Part shown: positions 38,583 through 47,806 of the stretch, one piece after another | How positions within the stretch are numbered: position 1 is the stretch's first letter | Layout of the letters: every line of letters starts with the position of its first letter | From: an uncultured Acidobacteriota bacterium | GTDB lineage: Bacteria; Acidobacteriota; Thermoanaerobaculia; Multivoradales; SZUA-115 | Length of the DNA stretch: 64,000 nucleotides | Direction of reading: 5' to 3' | Assembly (NCBI GenBank): GCA_963805975.1 | Contig: CAWDVR010000002.1 | Span: 32,001-96,000, forward strand | Notes under the pieces: generated by a model | Told to the model about the DNA's origin: nothing | The model's database searches: none | Seen by the model: the letters and a program-made list of their open reading frames with translations, nothing else | Translations under genes and position numbers: made by a program

Positions 38583-40253
38583 ATGACCCTCTCCCTCGCT
38601 CCGAGCCACCTGAAGCGCTACAAAGACATCGCCCGCCTGTTCATCCGCTATGGCCGCCGCGAGTGGGCGACCGGCGACTGGGCGGCTGCCGGGCTCGCCG
38701 CCGAAGAGCCGGCGATGCCGGAGACCTCGCCGGCCGCCGAGCAGCTCGCCGACGACCTCGAGGCCCTGGGGCCCACCTTCATCAAGCTGGGCCAGGTGCT
38801 GGCCACCCGGGCCGACCTGCTGCCGCTGCCCTATCTGACCGCGCTCGCCCGCTTGCAGGACCAGGTCGAGCCCTTCGCCTTCGCCGAGGTGGAGCGCACG
38901 GTCGAGAGCGAGCTCGGCGTGCGGCTCTCCAAGGCCTTCTCGAGCTTCGAGTCGGCGCCTCTCGCCGCCGCTTCACTGGGCCAGGTGCACCGCGCGGCGC
39001 TGCGCGACGGGCGGCTGGTGGCGGTCAAGGTGCAGCGGCCCGGCGTACGCGAGATCATCGTCGACGACCTGGCCGCGATCGGCGAGGCCGCGGTCTGGCT
39101 GGAGGCTCACACCGAGATCGGCAGCCGCTACCAGTTGACGGCCCTCGCCGACGAGTTCCGCCGCACGCTGCAACGCGAGCTGGACTACGGAATCGAGGCC
39201 AACAACCTCGAGCGCCTGGGGAAGATCCTCGAACCCTTCCCGCGGCTCCTGGTGCCGCAGCCGATCCACGACTTCACCACCTCGCGCGTGCTGACCATGG
39301 ACTACGTGCGCGGCAAGAAGGTCACCGCTCTCGGGCCCCTGGCGCGCCTCGAGCTGGATGGCGAGGGGCTCGCCGACGAGCTGTTCCACGCCTACCTCCA
39401 CCAAGTGCTGGTGGACGGCTTCTTCCACGCCGATCCGCACCCGGGCAACGTCTTCATCACCGACGACCAGCGCCTGGCGCTCCTCGATCTCGGCATGGTC
39501 GGCCACGTGTCCAACGAGCAGCAGGACAAGCTCCTGCGGCTCCTGCTCGCGGCGAGCGACGGCCGGGGCGAAGAGGTTGCCGCGCTGGCCGAGGCGATGG
39601 GCACCAGGCTGCCCCACTTCGACGCGGCGAAGTTCACCCGCAGCGTCTCCGGCCTGGTGGCGGAGCACCGTGAGGCGAGCCTCGAGCAGCTCGCCATCGG
39701 CCGGCTGATGCTGGCGGTGGCGAGGGAGAGCGCAGAGGCGGGCGTTCGCCTGCCGTCGGATATGTCGCTCCTGGGCAAGACGCTGCTGCAGCTCGACGAC
39801 ATCGGGCGCACCATCGCTCCCGGCTTCAATCCCAACGAAGCGGTCCGCCGCCACGCCGTGGCGGTGACGCGCGAGCGCCTCAAGAAGAGCGCCTCGCCGC
39901 CCAATCTCCTCGCCGCCCTGGGCGACATGAAGGAGTTCCTGGAGCGGCTGCCGGCACGCACCAACAAGATCCTGGACCTGGTGGCGGCGAACGAGCTCAA
40001 GATCGAGGTCGACGCCATCGACGAGGGGTTGTTGATGGAGGGCTTTCAGAAGGTCGCCAACCGGATCAGCGTCGGCCTGGTGCTCGCGGCGCTGATCGTC
40101 GGTGCCGCTCTACTGATGCAGGTGGAGACCTCGTTTCGCCTCTTCGGCTATCCGGGCTTGGCGATGATCTGCTTCCTGGGAGCCGCGGCCGGCGGGGTGG
40201 CGCTGGTAGGCGGAATCCTGTGGAACGACCGTCAGACCCGGCACAAGGACTAA
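38583..40253 (+). CDS. ABC1/AarF/UbiB family atypical kinase
   Basis: LGPTFIKLGQ, AAASLGQVH, VAVKVQRPG, ELDY, FFHADPHPGN, DLGMVG, two C-terminal TMs. Confidence 0.93.
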   Translation: MTLSLAPSHLKRYKDIARLFIRYGRREWATGDWAAAGLAAEEPAMPETSPAAEQLADDLEALGPTFIKLGQVLATRADLLPLPYLTALARLQDQVEPFAFAEVERTVESELGVRLSKAFSSFESAPLAAASLGQVHRAALRDGRLVAVKVQRPGVREIIVDDLAAIGEAAVWLEAHTEIGSRYQLTALADEFRRTLQRELDYGIEANNLERLGKILEPFPRLLVPQPIHDFTTSRVLTMDYVRGKKVTALGPLARLELDGEGLADELFHAYLHQVLVDGFFHADPHPGNVFITDDQRLALLDLGMVGHVSNEQQDKLLRLLLAASDGRGEEVAALAEAMGTRLPHFDAAKFTRSVSGLVAEHREASLEQLAIGRLMLAVARESAEAGVRLPSDMSLLGKTLLQLDDIGRTIAPGFNPNEAVRRHAVAVTRERLKKSASPPNLLAALGDMKEFLERLPARTNKILDLVAANELKIEVDAIDEGLLMEGFQKVANRISVGLVLAALIVGAALLMQVETSFRLFGYPGLAMICFLGAAAGGVALVGGILWNDRQTRHKD

Positions 40254-40290
40254 AAACAAAAACGCCGGGCCTCGAAGCCGAGGCCCGGCG
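40252..40290 (-). terminator. Intrinsic terminator of the OMP gene (possibly bidirectional)
   Basis: 12-bp stem CGCCGGGCCTCG/CGAGGCCCGGCG, with an A-tract on the plus strand giving a U-tract on the minus strand. Confidence 0.8.
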
Positions 40291-40312
40291 GGCAGCTCGA
40301 AGTCGATCGGAG

Positions 40313-40903
40313 CTAGAAGTTCCAGCGTAAGCCGACGTTGGCGCCGAACCCGTCGAGATCGAAGGTCGCGGTGTCGTCGATGTCGATGTCGTCGATGTCG
40401 TCGAGATCCTCGGGATCGAGGCGGACCTCACCTTCCATCTTGCGGTAGTTGGCCTCGACGAAGAACTGGATGCCGTCCGGATTGCCGAAGGCGGCGCCCA
40501 GCGCGCCGTAGTAACCCACCTCGTCGTCCACCTCGCCAAAGTCGCTGTCCAGCAGGTAGTAGCCGGCACCGAACGAGGCATAGGGGCGGAAGCTGTCCTG
40601 CGGGAAGCTCAAGCGCACACCCACCTCGGCCGGGATCACGCTGATGCCCTGATCCTGGAAGACGGTGTCGTCGCTGTCGAAGGCGTTGGCGAGCGGGTCG
40701 TCCGACAGCTCCTCGAAGTAGGTGCCACGGAGCTCGATGGCCCAGGTCTCGTTGAACGGCAGGCCGAGGCTGATACCGCCACCCGCCGTGTCCCCTGCGG
40801 CGTCGGTGTCCCAGTAGGAGCCGTAGAGCGAAAAATCGGTGGCGGTCGCCGGCATCGCGAGTGCGAGGCCGAGGACGGCTGCCAGTAGAGCTTTACTCTT
40901 CAT
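40313..40903 (-). CDS. Small outer-membrane beta-barrel (OmpA-TM/OmpW-like)
   Basis: Signal peptide; RPYASFGAGYY; C-terminal GLRWNF. Confidence 0.88.
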   Translation of the reverse strand: MKSKALLAAVLGLALAMPATATDFSLYGSYWDTDAAGDTAGGGISLGLPFNETWAIELRGTYFEELSDDPLANAFDSDDTVFQDQGISVIPAEVGVRLSFPQDSFRPYASFGAGYYLLDSDFGEVDDEVGYYGALGAAFGNPDGIQFFVEANYRKMEGEVRLDPEDLDDIDDIDIDDTATFDLDGFGANVGLRWNF

Positions 40904-41010
40904 GGTTGTATCTCTCCTTGGTTGTGTGTGGGTGAAGCTCGAAACAGGCAAGCCCCTCTCTCCCTCACGTCACGCGCGGCTCAATGGAACCGCATATCTC
41001 ACGCCACGGC

Positions 41011-41026
41011 TGCAACTAACATTCCA
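41011..41026 (-). promoter_or_regulatory. sigma54 -24/-12 promoter (OMP gene)
   Basis: TGGAATG-TTAG-TTGCA. Confidence 0.6.
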
Positions 41027-41158
41027 CCAACCAAGGCGCCGGGCTCTGCGACCGTGCCGAGCAGGCTCGAGACCAAGCGGCCGGCAAGGCCTGCCGTTCT
41101 TGCAGACGGATTTTCCGCTGCCAGCGGCACGGGGGTCGCAAATTCGTGTTCAGCGCGC

Positions 41159-41174
41159 TGGCACGACGCTTGCC
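41159..41174 (+). promoter_or_regulatory. sigma54 -24/-12 promoter (lipoprotein gene)
   Basis: TGGCACG-ACGC-TTGCC; weaker tandem site CGGCACG-GGGG-TCGCA at 41125-41140. Confidence 0.72.
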
Positions 41175-41228
41175 CTGTTCTCTGCCGAGCCTACGGGCTC
41201 CTTCCCTAGACCAAATGGAGAAACAATC

Positions 41229-41756
41229 ATGATTCGAACCCCACAGTTCGTTCTCGCAGCGATGATCATCGCCGCCCTCTCAGTCAGCGCTTGCCAGCCC
41301 GCCCACAACGAGCGGGCCGCGGATACCGCCAAGGGTGCTCCCACCCCCGCGGTGAGCGAGCAGGAGAAGCCCGGCACCGCGAACCCGAGCGATCTCTCCC
41401 CGGCCCAGGCCGAGATCCGCATCGACGACGTGACCCTGGGTTACGCCGTCGCCGCCGACGACACCATCCCCACCGAGCAGAAGGGCGACGATTTCGCCCG
41501 CGAGACGGTGTACGTGTCGATGAAGGTGGAAGACACCCCGGCCGGTTCGGTGGTGAAGACGGCTTGGTTCGCTCCCGGCGACCTGCGCGTCCACGAGGAC
41601 ACCAAGACGGTGGCGAATGGCCAGCAGCACCTGAGCTTCAAGGCCGATACCAAGGACTGGGCGCTCGGCGACTACCGGGTCGAGGTCTGGCTCGGCGACG
41701 AGAAGGTGGCCACCGAGCACTTCAACATCGTGGCCTCGCGCGAGAGCCAGGTCTGA
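41229..41756 (+). CDS. Lipoprotein with Ig-like domain
   Basis: Lipobox VSAC; WALGDYRVEVWL. Confidence 0.75.
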   Translation: MIRTPQFVLAAMIIAALSVSACQPAHNERAADTAKGAPTPAVSEQEKPGTANPSDLSPAQAEIRIDDVTLGYAVAADDTIPTEQKGDDFARETVYVSMKVEDTPAGSVVKTAWFAPGDLRVHEDTKTVANGQQHLSFKADTKDWALGDYRVEVWLGDEKVATEHFNIVASRESQV

Positions 41757-41790
41757 CGCAGCTCTCCAGGATCTCTCTCGTGAAACGAAC

Positions 41791-41827
41791 GCGGGGGCGC
41801 ACCACAGGGCGCGTTCCCGCTTTTTTT
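41791..41827 (+). terminator. Intrinsic terminator
   Basis: GCGGGGGCGC...GCGTTCCCGC followed by T7. Confidence 0.75.
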
Positions 41828-41846
41828 GTGCGTTAGCATCGCCGCC

Positions 41847-43061
41847 GTGAGCGAGGATCGGCCTCCCGGCCTGGCGTGGTTCCACACCTCCCCGCACCGC
41901 CGGCGACTGGTCGGGATGCTGGTCGGCATCGCCTCGCCGGTTCTGCTCATCGAGCTGCGCATAGTCTTCGAGGCCGATCCGGGCGCCTCGCCGTTCCTGC
42001 TCTTCGGTCTCGTCGTGGTCACCGCTTCCTGGATCGGAGGCCTCGATGCCGGGCTCGCTGCCATGCTGAGCTTTCTCGCCACCAGCTACTCGCTGCTCGC
42101 CCCACCCTGGGACTGGAAGACGCTGGTCGTGGCGCTCGTCGAAGGCACGCTGATGTCCTGGCTCGGCTCGACGCGCCTCAAGGCGATCCTGAGCTGGACC
42201 AACCTGCGCCAGGAGCTCGAGCAGCGCATCGACCGGCGGACCTCGCAGCTCGCGCGCACCAACGTCCGTCTGCAGGAAGAGGTGGAGGCGCACGAGCTGA
42301 CGATCGGCAACCTGGTCAGCGCGACCGGCCAGCTCACCAGCAGCAACAAGGAGCTCGAGCTGTTCGCCTCCGCCGCCTCGCACGACTTGCAAGAACCGTT
42401 GCGCAAGATTCGCACCTTCGCCGATCGGCTGCTCAACCGCCACGCCGAGGGGGTGAGCGACGCGGCGCGCGACGACCTGGCGCGGATCGCGCGCGCGGCC
42501 GAGCGCATGTCGACCCTGATCGAGGGGTTGCTCGCCTACTCGCGTCTCGCCAGGCAGAGCGGCATCGCCCGGCAGGTGGATCTCGACGAGGTGGTTCGCG
42601 GCGTGCTCAGCGACCTCGCCCTGCTGATCGAGTCCGGCGGCGCCAGGGTCGAGGTGGGGCCGCTGCCGACTATCGAGGCCGACGAGGTGCAGATGCGCCA
42701 GCTCTTCCAGAACCTGATCTCGAATGCGCTCAAGTTCGTGGCTCCCGAGGCACCGGCCGAGATCCGTGTCCACGGTGAGGTCGATCCCTCTGCCGTGCCG
42801 CCCTTCTGCCGCCTCTTCGTCGCCGACCGCGGCATCGGCTTCGAGCCTCGCTACCGCGAGAAAGTGTTCGACATGTTCCAGCGCCTCCACGAACGCGGGC
42901 GTTACGAGGGGAGCGGCATCGGCCTGGCGATCTGCCGCAAGATCGTCGAGCGGCACGGCGGCACGATCGAGGTGTCGAGCGAGGTCGGGCGGGGCTCGAC
43001 CTTCGTCGTGACCCTGCCCCTCGAGCAACCGGCGCCCGCAGCCACTGAGATCGAGATCTGA
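41847..43061 (+). CDS. Membrane sensor histidine kinase (DUF4118-like TMs, BphP-type HisKA)
   Basis: SHDLQEPLRKI, QNLISNALKF, DRGIGF, GSGIGLAIC. Confidence 0.93.
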   Translation: MSEDRPPGLAWFHTSPHRRRLVGMLVGIASPVLLIELRIVFEADPGASPFLLFGLVVVTASWIGGLDAGLAAMLSFLATSYSLLAPPWDWKTLVVALVEGTLMSWLGSTRLKAILSWTNLRQELEQRIDRRTSQLARTNVRLQEEVEAHELTIGNLVSATGQLTSSNKELELFASAASHDLQEPLRKIRTFADRLLNRHAEGVSDAARDDLARIARAAERMSTLIEGLLAYSRLARQSGIARQVDLDEVVRGVLSDLALLIESGGARVEVGPLPTIEADEVQMRQLFQNLISNALKFVAPEAPAEIRVHGEVDPSAVPPFCRLFVADRGIGFEPRYREKVFDMFQRLHERGRYEGSGIGLAICRKIVERHGGTIEVSSEVGRGSTFVVTLPLEQPAPAATEIEI

Positions 43062-43070
43062 AAGAGAGGG

Positions 43071-43514
43071 ATGGAAATGGCAAGTATTGACAAGGACGGC
43101 GAAGCCGGCCCCGGGCTCCTGGAGCGCGCGGCCCAGGCCGTCACCTGCTGGTCGGGGACCGATCAGGCCTTCGCCCTGGCCGTGGGGACAGTCGCCGCCT
43201 GGCTGGTGACGGGACCGATCTTCGACTACTCGAACACCTGGCAACTGGTCATCAACACCGGCACCACGATCATCACGTTTCTGATGGTCTTCCTCATCCA
43301 GCGCTCCCAAAACAAAGAGGCGCGAGCCCTGCAGGTCAAGCTCAACGAGCTGATCTCGGCCATCGGTCCGGCAAGCAACCGCCTGATCGGCGCCGAGGAG
43401 CTGTCGGAGCGCGAGCTCGAGGCGCTGGCGCATCACTACAAGCTGCTGACCCAGCGCCTCGAGCCCGGTTCTCGGGAGGCGCCAGAGATTCCTGATTCAT
43501 CAATCCTTAAATAG
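43071..43514 (+). CDS. Low-affinity iron permease (Fet4-like) family protein
   Basis: WQLVINTGTTIITFLMVFLIQRSQN...LQVKLNELI. Confidence 0.9.
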   Translation: MEMASIDKDGEAGPGLLERAAQAVTCWSGTDQAFALAVGTVAAWLVTGPIFDYSNTWQLVINTGTTIITFLMVFLIQRSQNKEARALQVKLNELISAIGPASNRLIGAEELSERELEALAHHYKLLTQRLEPGSREAPEIPDSSILK

Positions 43515-43603
43515 ATGGCGGTCGAAACCGGCTATGGAACGGTGCGGCCATGGTATGGTGGACTTCGCATCGCCAACCAGTCCCCAGCCGAGGATTCGGA
43601 ACC

Positions 43604-44068
43604 ATGAACGGACCCGTCAGAAGCGCAGGAATCGTCCTCGTCGACGACGACCCCGAGGACCGAATGCTGATCCGCGAAGCCCTCGTCGAGGCCATGGTGA
43701 CCAACCCACTGGCCGAAGTCGAAGACGGCGACGAGCTGCTGCGATACCTCACCCGCCCCGGCCCCGCCGCCGGCGGTCCCGACTCCGGCGGTCTGATCCT
43801 GCTCGATCTCAACCTGCCGGGCAAGGACGGCCTGCAGGTGCTGCGCGAGCTGAAACAGCATCCGCGGCTGCGCCGGATCCCGGTGGTGGTGCTCACCACC
43901 TCCACGGCGACCGAGGACGTCGAGGAGAGCTACGCCCTGGGTGCGAGCTCCTTCATCTCCAAGCCCACGGCGTTCGGCGAGCTGGTGCGGCTGATGAGGA
44001 CCCTGGGCGACTACTGGTTCGCCGCCGTGCGCCTTCCCGCCGAGGTCGCTTCGCATGGAGCCGCGTAG
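43604..44068 (+). CDS. Single-domain response regulator (Rcp1-like)
   Basis: VDDD, LLDLNLP, LTTS, FISKP. Confidence 0.9.
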   Translation: MNGPVRSAGIVLVDDDPEDRMLIREALVEAMVTNPLAEVEDGDELLRYLTRPGPAAGGPDSGGLILLDLNLPGKDGLQVLRELKQHPRLRRIPVVVLTTSTATEDVEESYALGASSFISKPTAFGELVRLMRTLGDYWFAAVRLPAEVASHGAA

Positions 44069-45644
44069 GCTGCGAGTTCTCCTGGTCGAGGACGACGAAG
44101 ACGACTCCCTCCTGACCGGCGAGCTGCTGGCCGAGATCCCCGACGTCGAGCTCTCCTGTGACTGGGCGCCGAGCTACGCCGACGGGCTCGAGAGGCTGGC
44201 GGCTGGCAGGTTCGACGCTTGCCTGGTCGACCACTTCCTGGGCGCTCGCACCGGCGTGGACTTCGTGCGCGAGGCCTCGACGCTCGCCAGTCCGCCGCCG
44301 ATGATCCTCCTGACCGGCGCCGCGTCGCGCGAGATCGACCTCGCGGCGATGGCGGCGGGCGCCTCGGACTTCCTGCAAAAGGAGGGGCTGACGGCGGCGC
44401 TCCTCGACCGTTCGATCCGCTACTCGATCCAGAAGCAGCAGGCCGCGAGCGCCGCCCTCGAGCTGGTGCTCGAGCGCGCGGCGCGGAGCGCGGCCGAGGA
44501 CGCCAACCGCGCCAAGGACCAGTTCCTGGCCCGCCTGAGCCACGAGCTGCGGACCCCGCTCGCTCCCATCCTCGCGGTGGCGACGCTGCTCGAGGACGAG
44601 CCGGAGCTCTCCGCCGCGGGCCGCGAACAGCTCGTGGTGCTGCGCCGCAACGCCGAGCAGGAAGCTCGGCTGATCGACGACCTGCTCGACATCACCCGTA
44701 TCGTCCACGGCACCTTCGAGCTCAAGAAAGAGCAGGTCGAGGTGGCCACGCTGCTCTCGGAGATGGTCGAGAACGCAGCCGGCGGCACGCCGGACCGGAG
44801 GCCCGAGGTCCGCCTGGCGCTCGCCGCGGACGACCATCGCGTGTGGGGCGACGCGGCCCGCCTGGAGCAGGCCTTCGCCAACCTGCTTTCGAACGCGGTG
44901 CGCTGCACGCCGCCGGACGGGGTGATCACAGTGCGCACCGGCAAGGAGGCGGCTTGGCTCGCGGTCGAGATCGCGGACACCGGCTGCGGATTCGAGCCCG
45001 GCGACGCGCCCCGGCTGTTCGAGGCCTTCGAGCGCGGGGCGGGCGCCGGCACCGGCGGCCTCGGCCTGGGGCTCTCCATCGTGCGCTCGATCGTCGCCGC
45101 GCACGGCGGCCACGTCGCGGCGCTGAGCGAGGGCCGCGACCGGGGCGCGACGTTCACCGTGCGGCTGCCCCGGGTGCTGATGCCGGAGGCTCCGCCGGCT
45201 GGGGCTTTCGAGGCCAGCGAACGGCAGGCGGCCGGGACCGCGGCACCGGGTGAGCCCGCGCTCCACCTGCTGCTGGTCGAGGACCACGAGGACACTGCCT
45301 TTGCCACCGCGGCGCTCCTGCGGCGCCTCGGCCACCGCGTGACCAGGGCGGCCGGGGTGAGCGATGCGCGGGCGGCGGTCGTCACCGGCGAACGGATCGA
45401 CCTGGTGGTGAGCGATCTCTGGCTGGGTGAGGAGAGCGGGCTCGACCTGATGCAGGAGCTGGTTCGGGAGCATGGCCTGCGGGGTATCGCGCTCTCCGGC
45501 CTGGGCGGGAGCGAAGCCGTCGAGCGCTGCCGCGAGGCCGGCTTTTCCCGCCATCTCACCAAGCCGGTCTCCTACGAAGAGCTGGCGAGCGCCATCCGAG
45601 AGGTCGCCGCCGGCTCCCCGGGTCTGATATCTTTTTCCACTTGA
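44055..45644 (+). CDS. Hybrid REC-HisKA-HATPase-REC kinase
   Basis: N-terminal REC; SHELRTPL; NLLSNA; GGLGLGL; C-terminal REC. Confidence 0.92.
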   Translation: MEPRRLRVLLVEDDEDDSLLTGELLAEIPDVELSCDWAPSYADGLERLAAGRFDACLVDHFLGARTGVDFVREASTLASPPPMILLTGAASREIDLAAMAAGASDFLQKEGLTAALLDRSIRYSIQKQQAASAALELVLERAARSAAEDANRAKDQFLARLSHELRTPLAPILAVATLLEDEPELSAAGREQLVVLRRNAEQEARLIDDLLDITRIVHGTFELKKEQVEVATLLSEMVENAAGGTPDRRPEVRLALAADDHRVWGDAARLEQAFANLLSNAVRCTPPDGVITVRTGKEAAWLAVEIADTGCGFEPGDAPRLFEAFERGAGAGTGGLGLGLSIVRSIVAAHGGHVAALSEGRDRGATFTVRLPRVLMPEAPPAGAFEASERQAAGTAAPGEPALHLLLVEDHEDTAFATAALLRRLGHRVTRAAGVSDARAAVVTGERIDLVVSDLWLGEESGLDLMQELVREHGLRGIALSGLGGSEAVERCREAGFSRHLTKPVSYEELASAIREVAAGSPGLISFST

Positions 45645-46342
45645 CCGGCCAACCCCTGGAAGAGCATGGTCTGTCGCATGGGAGCCATCTCCTGTGCAGC
45701 GAGCAGTTTCGCGCGCTCGCCCGCTTCCGCTCGTCGATCGAGCACGAGCTGCGCAGCCCCTTGAACTCGCTCGGCCTCAATCTCGAGCTGCTCTCGAACG
45801 AGGTGGCGGACCTGGGTGGCGGGGCGGCAGGAGCCTTGGCCGAGACCCTCGCCTCGCTCCGCCAGGCCGTGGGCCGCATGACCGGCAATGTCGAATCTTT
45901 GCTGCGCACCGTTCTGCCTTCCGGCCACCGCCGCACCGAGGTCGTGGACCTCGACCGCGCGCTGGCCGAGCTGGCCGCGCTCTGCCGCCTCGAGGCGCGG
46001 CTCGCCCGGGTGTCCACCACGGTCGAGCTGCCGGGCCGTCCGTGGGCTGTCGAGGTCGAGGGCGAGGCCCTGCGGCAGGCGCTGCTGATGGTGGCGGCCG
46101 AGGCGCTCGAGCACGCGGTGACCGGTGGCGCGATCGCCATCTCGCTCGGCGGCGAGGCCGGGGCTCCGGTGATCCGCTTCGAGGTCCGGCCCTGGCGACA
46201 GGCGGCGGCCGGCGACGGCAGCCCCGCTCTCGGGCTGGCGGCAAAAGCTCTGGGCGCCATCCTCGAACGGCAGGCGGGCGAGGGATCACTCGTCATCGAA
46301 ATGAGGCTCGAAGTGGCCTCGGAGGGCGGCGAGCCATGTTGA
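45641..46342 (+). CDS. HisKA-like protein with degenerate ATPase domain (candidate phosphotransferase)
   Basis: H-box EHELRSPL intact; N-box reads AAEALE; G boxes eroded; TTGA coupling. Confidence 0.65.
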   Translation: MTGQPLEEHGLSHGSHLLCSEQFRALARFRSSIEHELRSPLNSLGLNLELLSNEVADLGGGAAGALAETLASLRQAVGRMTGNVESLLRTVLPSGHRRTEVVDLDRALAELAALCRLEARLARVSTTVELPGRPWAVEVEGEALRQALLMVAAEALEHAVTGGAIAISLGGEAGAPVIRFEVRPWRQAAAGDGSPALGLAAKALGAILERQAGEGSLVIEMRLEVASEGGEPC

Positions 46343-47742
46343 GCGCACTGATCGTAGACGACGACGAATCCTCGGCCCGCGCCCTGGCCCGGGTGGTCAA
46401 GGACGAGGGCTACGTCCCTTTCACCGTGGCGAGCCTCGCCGCGGCGCGCCAGCGCATCGAGGAGCAGCCGCCGACCCTGGCCCTGGTCGACCTCATGCTG
46501 CCCGACGGGCACGGCCTCGAGCTGCAGGAGACCTTGAGCGAGGTGGCGCCCGACTGCGCGGTGGTGGTGATCACCGGCCACGCCTCGATCGACACCGCCG
46601 TCGACGCACTGCGCCGCGGCGTCGCCGACTACCTGACCAAGCCGATCGACATGGCGCGGCTCAAGACGGTGTTCGTCCACCTGAAGCGCAAGCGGGAGAT
46701 GGACGTCGAGATCGGGGCGCTGCGCGACGAGCTCAAGGGGCTGGGCCGCTTCGCCGGCATCGTCGGCTCCTCGTCGGCGATGCAGCGCCTGTTCGACCAC
46801 ATCCAGCGCGTGGCCCCGACCCGCGCCACGGTCCTGGTGCTGGGCGAGAGCGGTACCGGCAAGGAGCTGGTGGCGCAGGCCGTCCACCGCCTGAGCAAGC
46901 GCCGCTCGCAGCCGCTGGTGACCGTCAACTGCGGCGCCATCTCGCCGCAACTGATCGAGAGCGAGCTCTTCGGCCACGAGCGAGGCAGCTTCACCGGCGC
47001 CGAGCGCCAGCACCAGGGCTACTTCGAGCGCGCCTCGCGCGGCACTCTGTTCCTGGACGAGGTCTCGGAGATGCCGCCCGAGCTGCAGGTGAAGCTGCTG
47101 CGGGTGCTGGAGACCGGGCAGGTGCTGCGCGTGGGGGGCCGCGAGCCGATCGCCGTCGACCTGCGGGTGGTGGCGGCCTCCAACCGCGACCTGGAGCAGG
47201 CGGTGAGCGAGGGCAAGTTCCGCCAGGATCTGCTCTACCGGCTCAAGGTCTTCCCCATCTATCTGCCTCCCCTCTCCGAGCGCGGGAGCGACGTCGAGCA
47301 GTTGGCGGAGCACTTCCTGGCCGAGCTCAACCGCGCCGAAGGCCGGCGCCAGCGGCTCTCCGCCGAGGCCGTGGCGGCGCTCTCCCGCCACCACTGGCCG
47401 GGCAACGTGCGCGAGCTCAAGAACACGATCCACCGCGCCTCGATCCTGGCCGGCGACGAGATCACGGTCGCGGACCTGCCGTCCGACATCCTGGGCGACG
47501 CCGCCCTGCCAGAGCCGGGCGCGCTGCGCGTGGCGCCTGGCACCCCGCTCGCCGACGTGCAGCGCCGGCTGGTGCTCGCCACCATGAACGAGTTCGACCA
47601 GGACCGGTCGCGCACCGCCGACGCGCTCGGCATCAGCGTGCGCACGCTCTACAACTGGCTGAAGGAGTACCAGGCCCAGGGTGCCTGGAGCGGCGACGAC
47701 AAGGCCGAGGAGCCGGCCGTGCCCGTCGGCCAGGAGAGCTAG
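46336..47742 (+). CDS. sigma54-dependent response regulator (NtrC/AtoC family)
   Basis: REC; GESGTGKE; ESELFGHERGSFTGA; FLDE; WPGNVREL; Fis-type HTH. Confidence 0.95.
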   Translation: MLSALIVDDDESSARALARVVKDEGYVPFTVASLAAARQRIEEQPPTLALVDLMLPDGHGLELQETLSEVAPDCAVVVITGHASIDTAVDALRRGVADYLTKPIDMARLKTVFVHLKRKREMDVEIGALRDELKGLGRFAGIVGSSSAMQRLFDHIQRVAPTRATVLVLGESGTGKELVAQAVHRLSKRRSQPLVTVNCGAISPQLIESELFGHERGSFTGAERQHQGYFERASRGTLFLDEVSEMPPELQVKLLRVLETGQVLRVGGREPIAVDLRVVAASNRDLEQAVSEGKFRQDLLYRLKVFPIYLPPLSERGSDVEQLAEHFLAELNRAEGRRQRLSAEAVAALSRHHWPGNVRELKNTIHRASILAGDEITVADLPSDILGDAALPEPGALRVAPGTPLADVQRRLVLATMNEFDQDRSRTADALGISVRTLYNWLKEYQAQGAWSGDDKAEEPAVPVGQES

Positions 47743-47806
47743 GCCTCGGGAGGTCCTCGGACCACCATCCTCCTTCTTCTCTGCTCGTAACCTCCGGGAG
47801 ATCCTC

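Noticed and set aside
40370-40410. GTCGAT tandem repeats
   Set aside because: Coding low-complexity acidic loop (DDIDDIDIDD) of the OMP.
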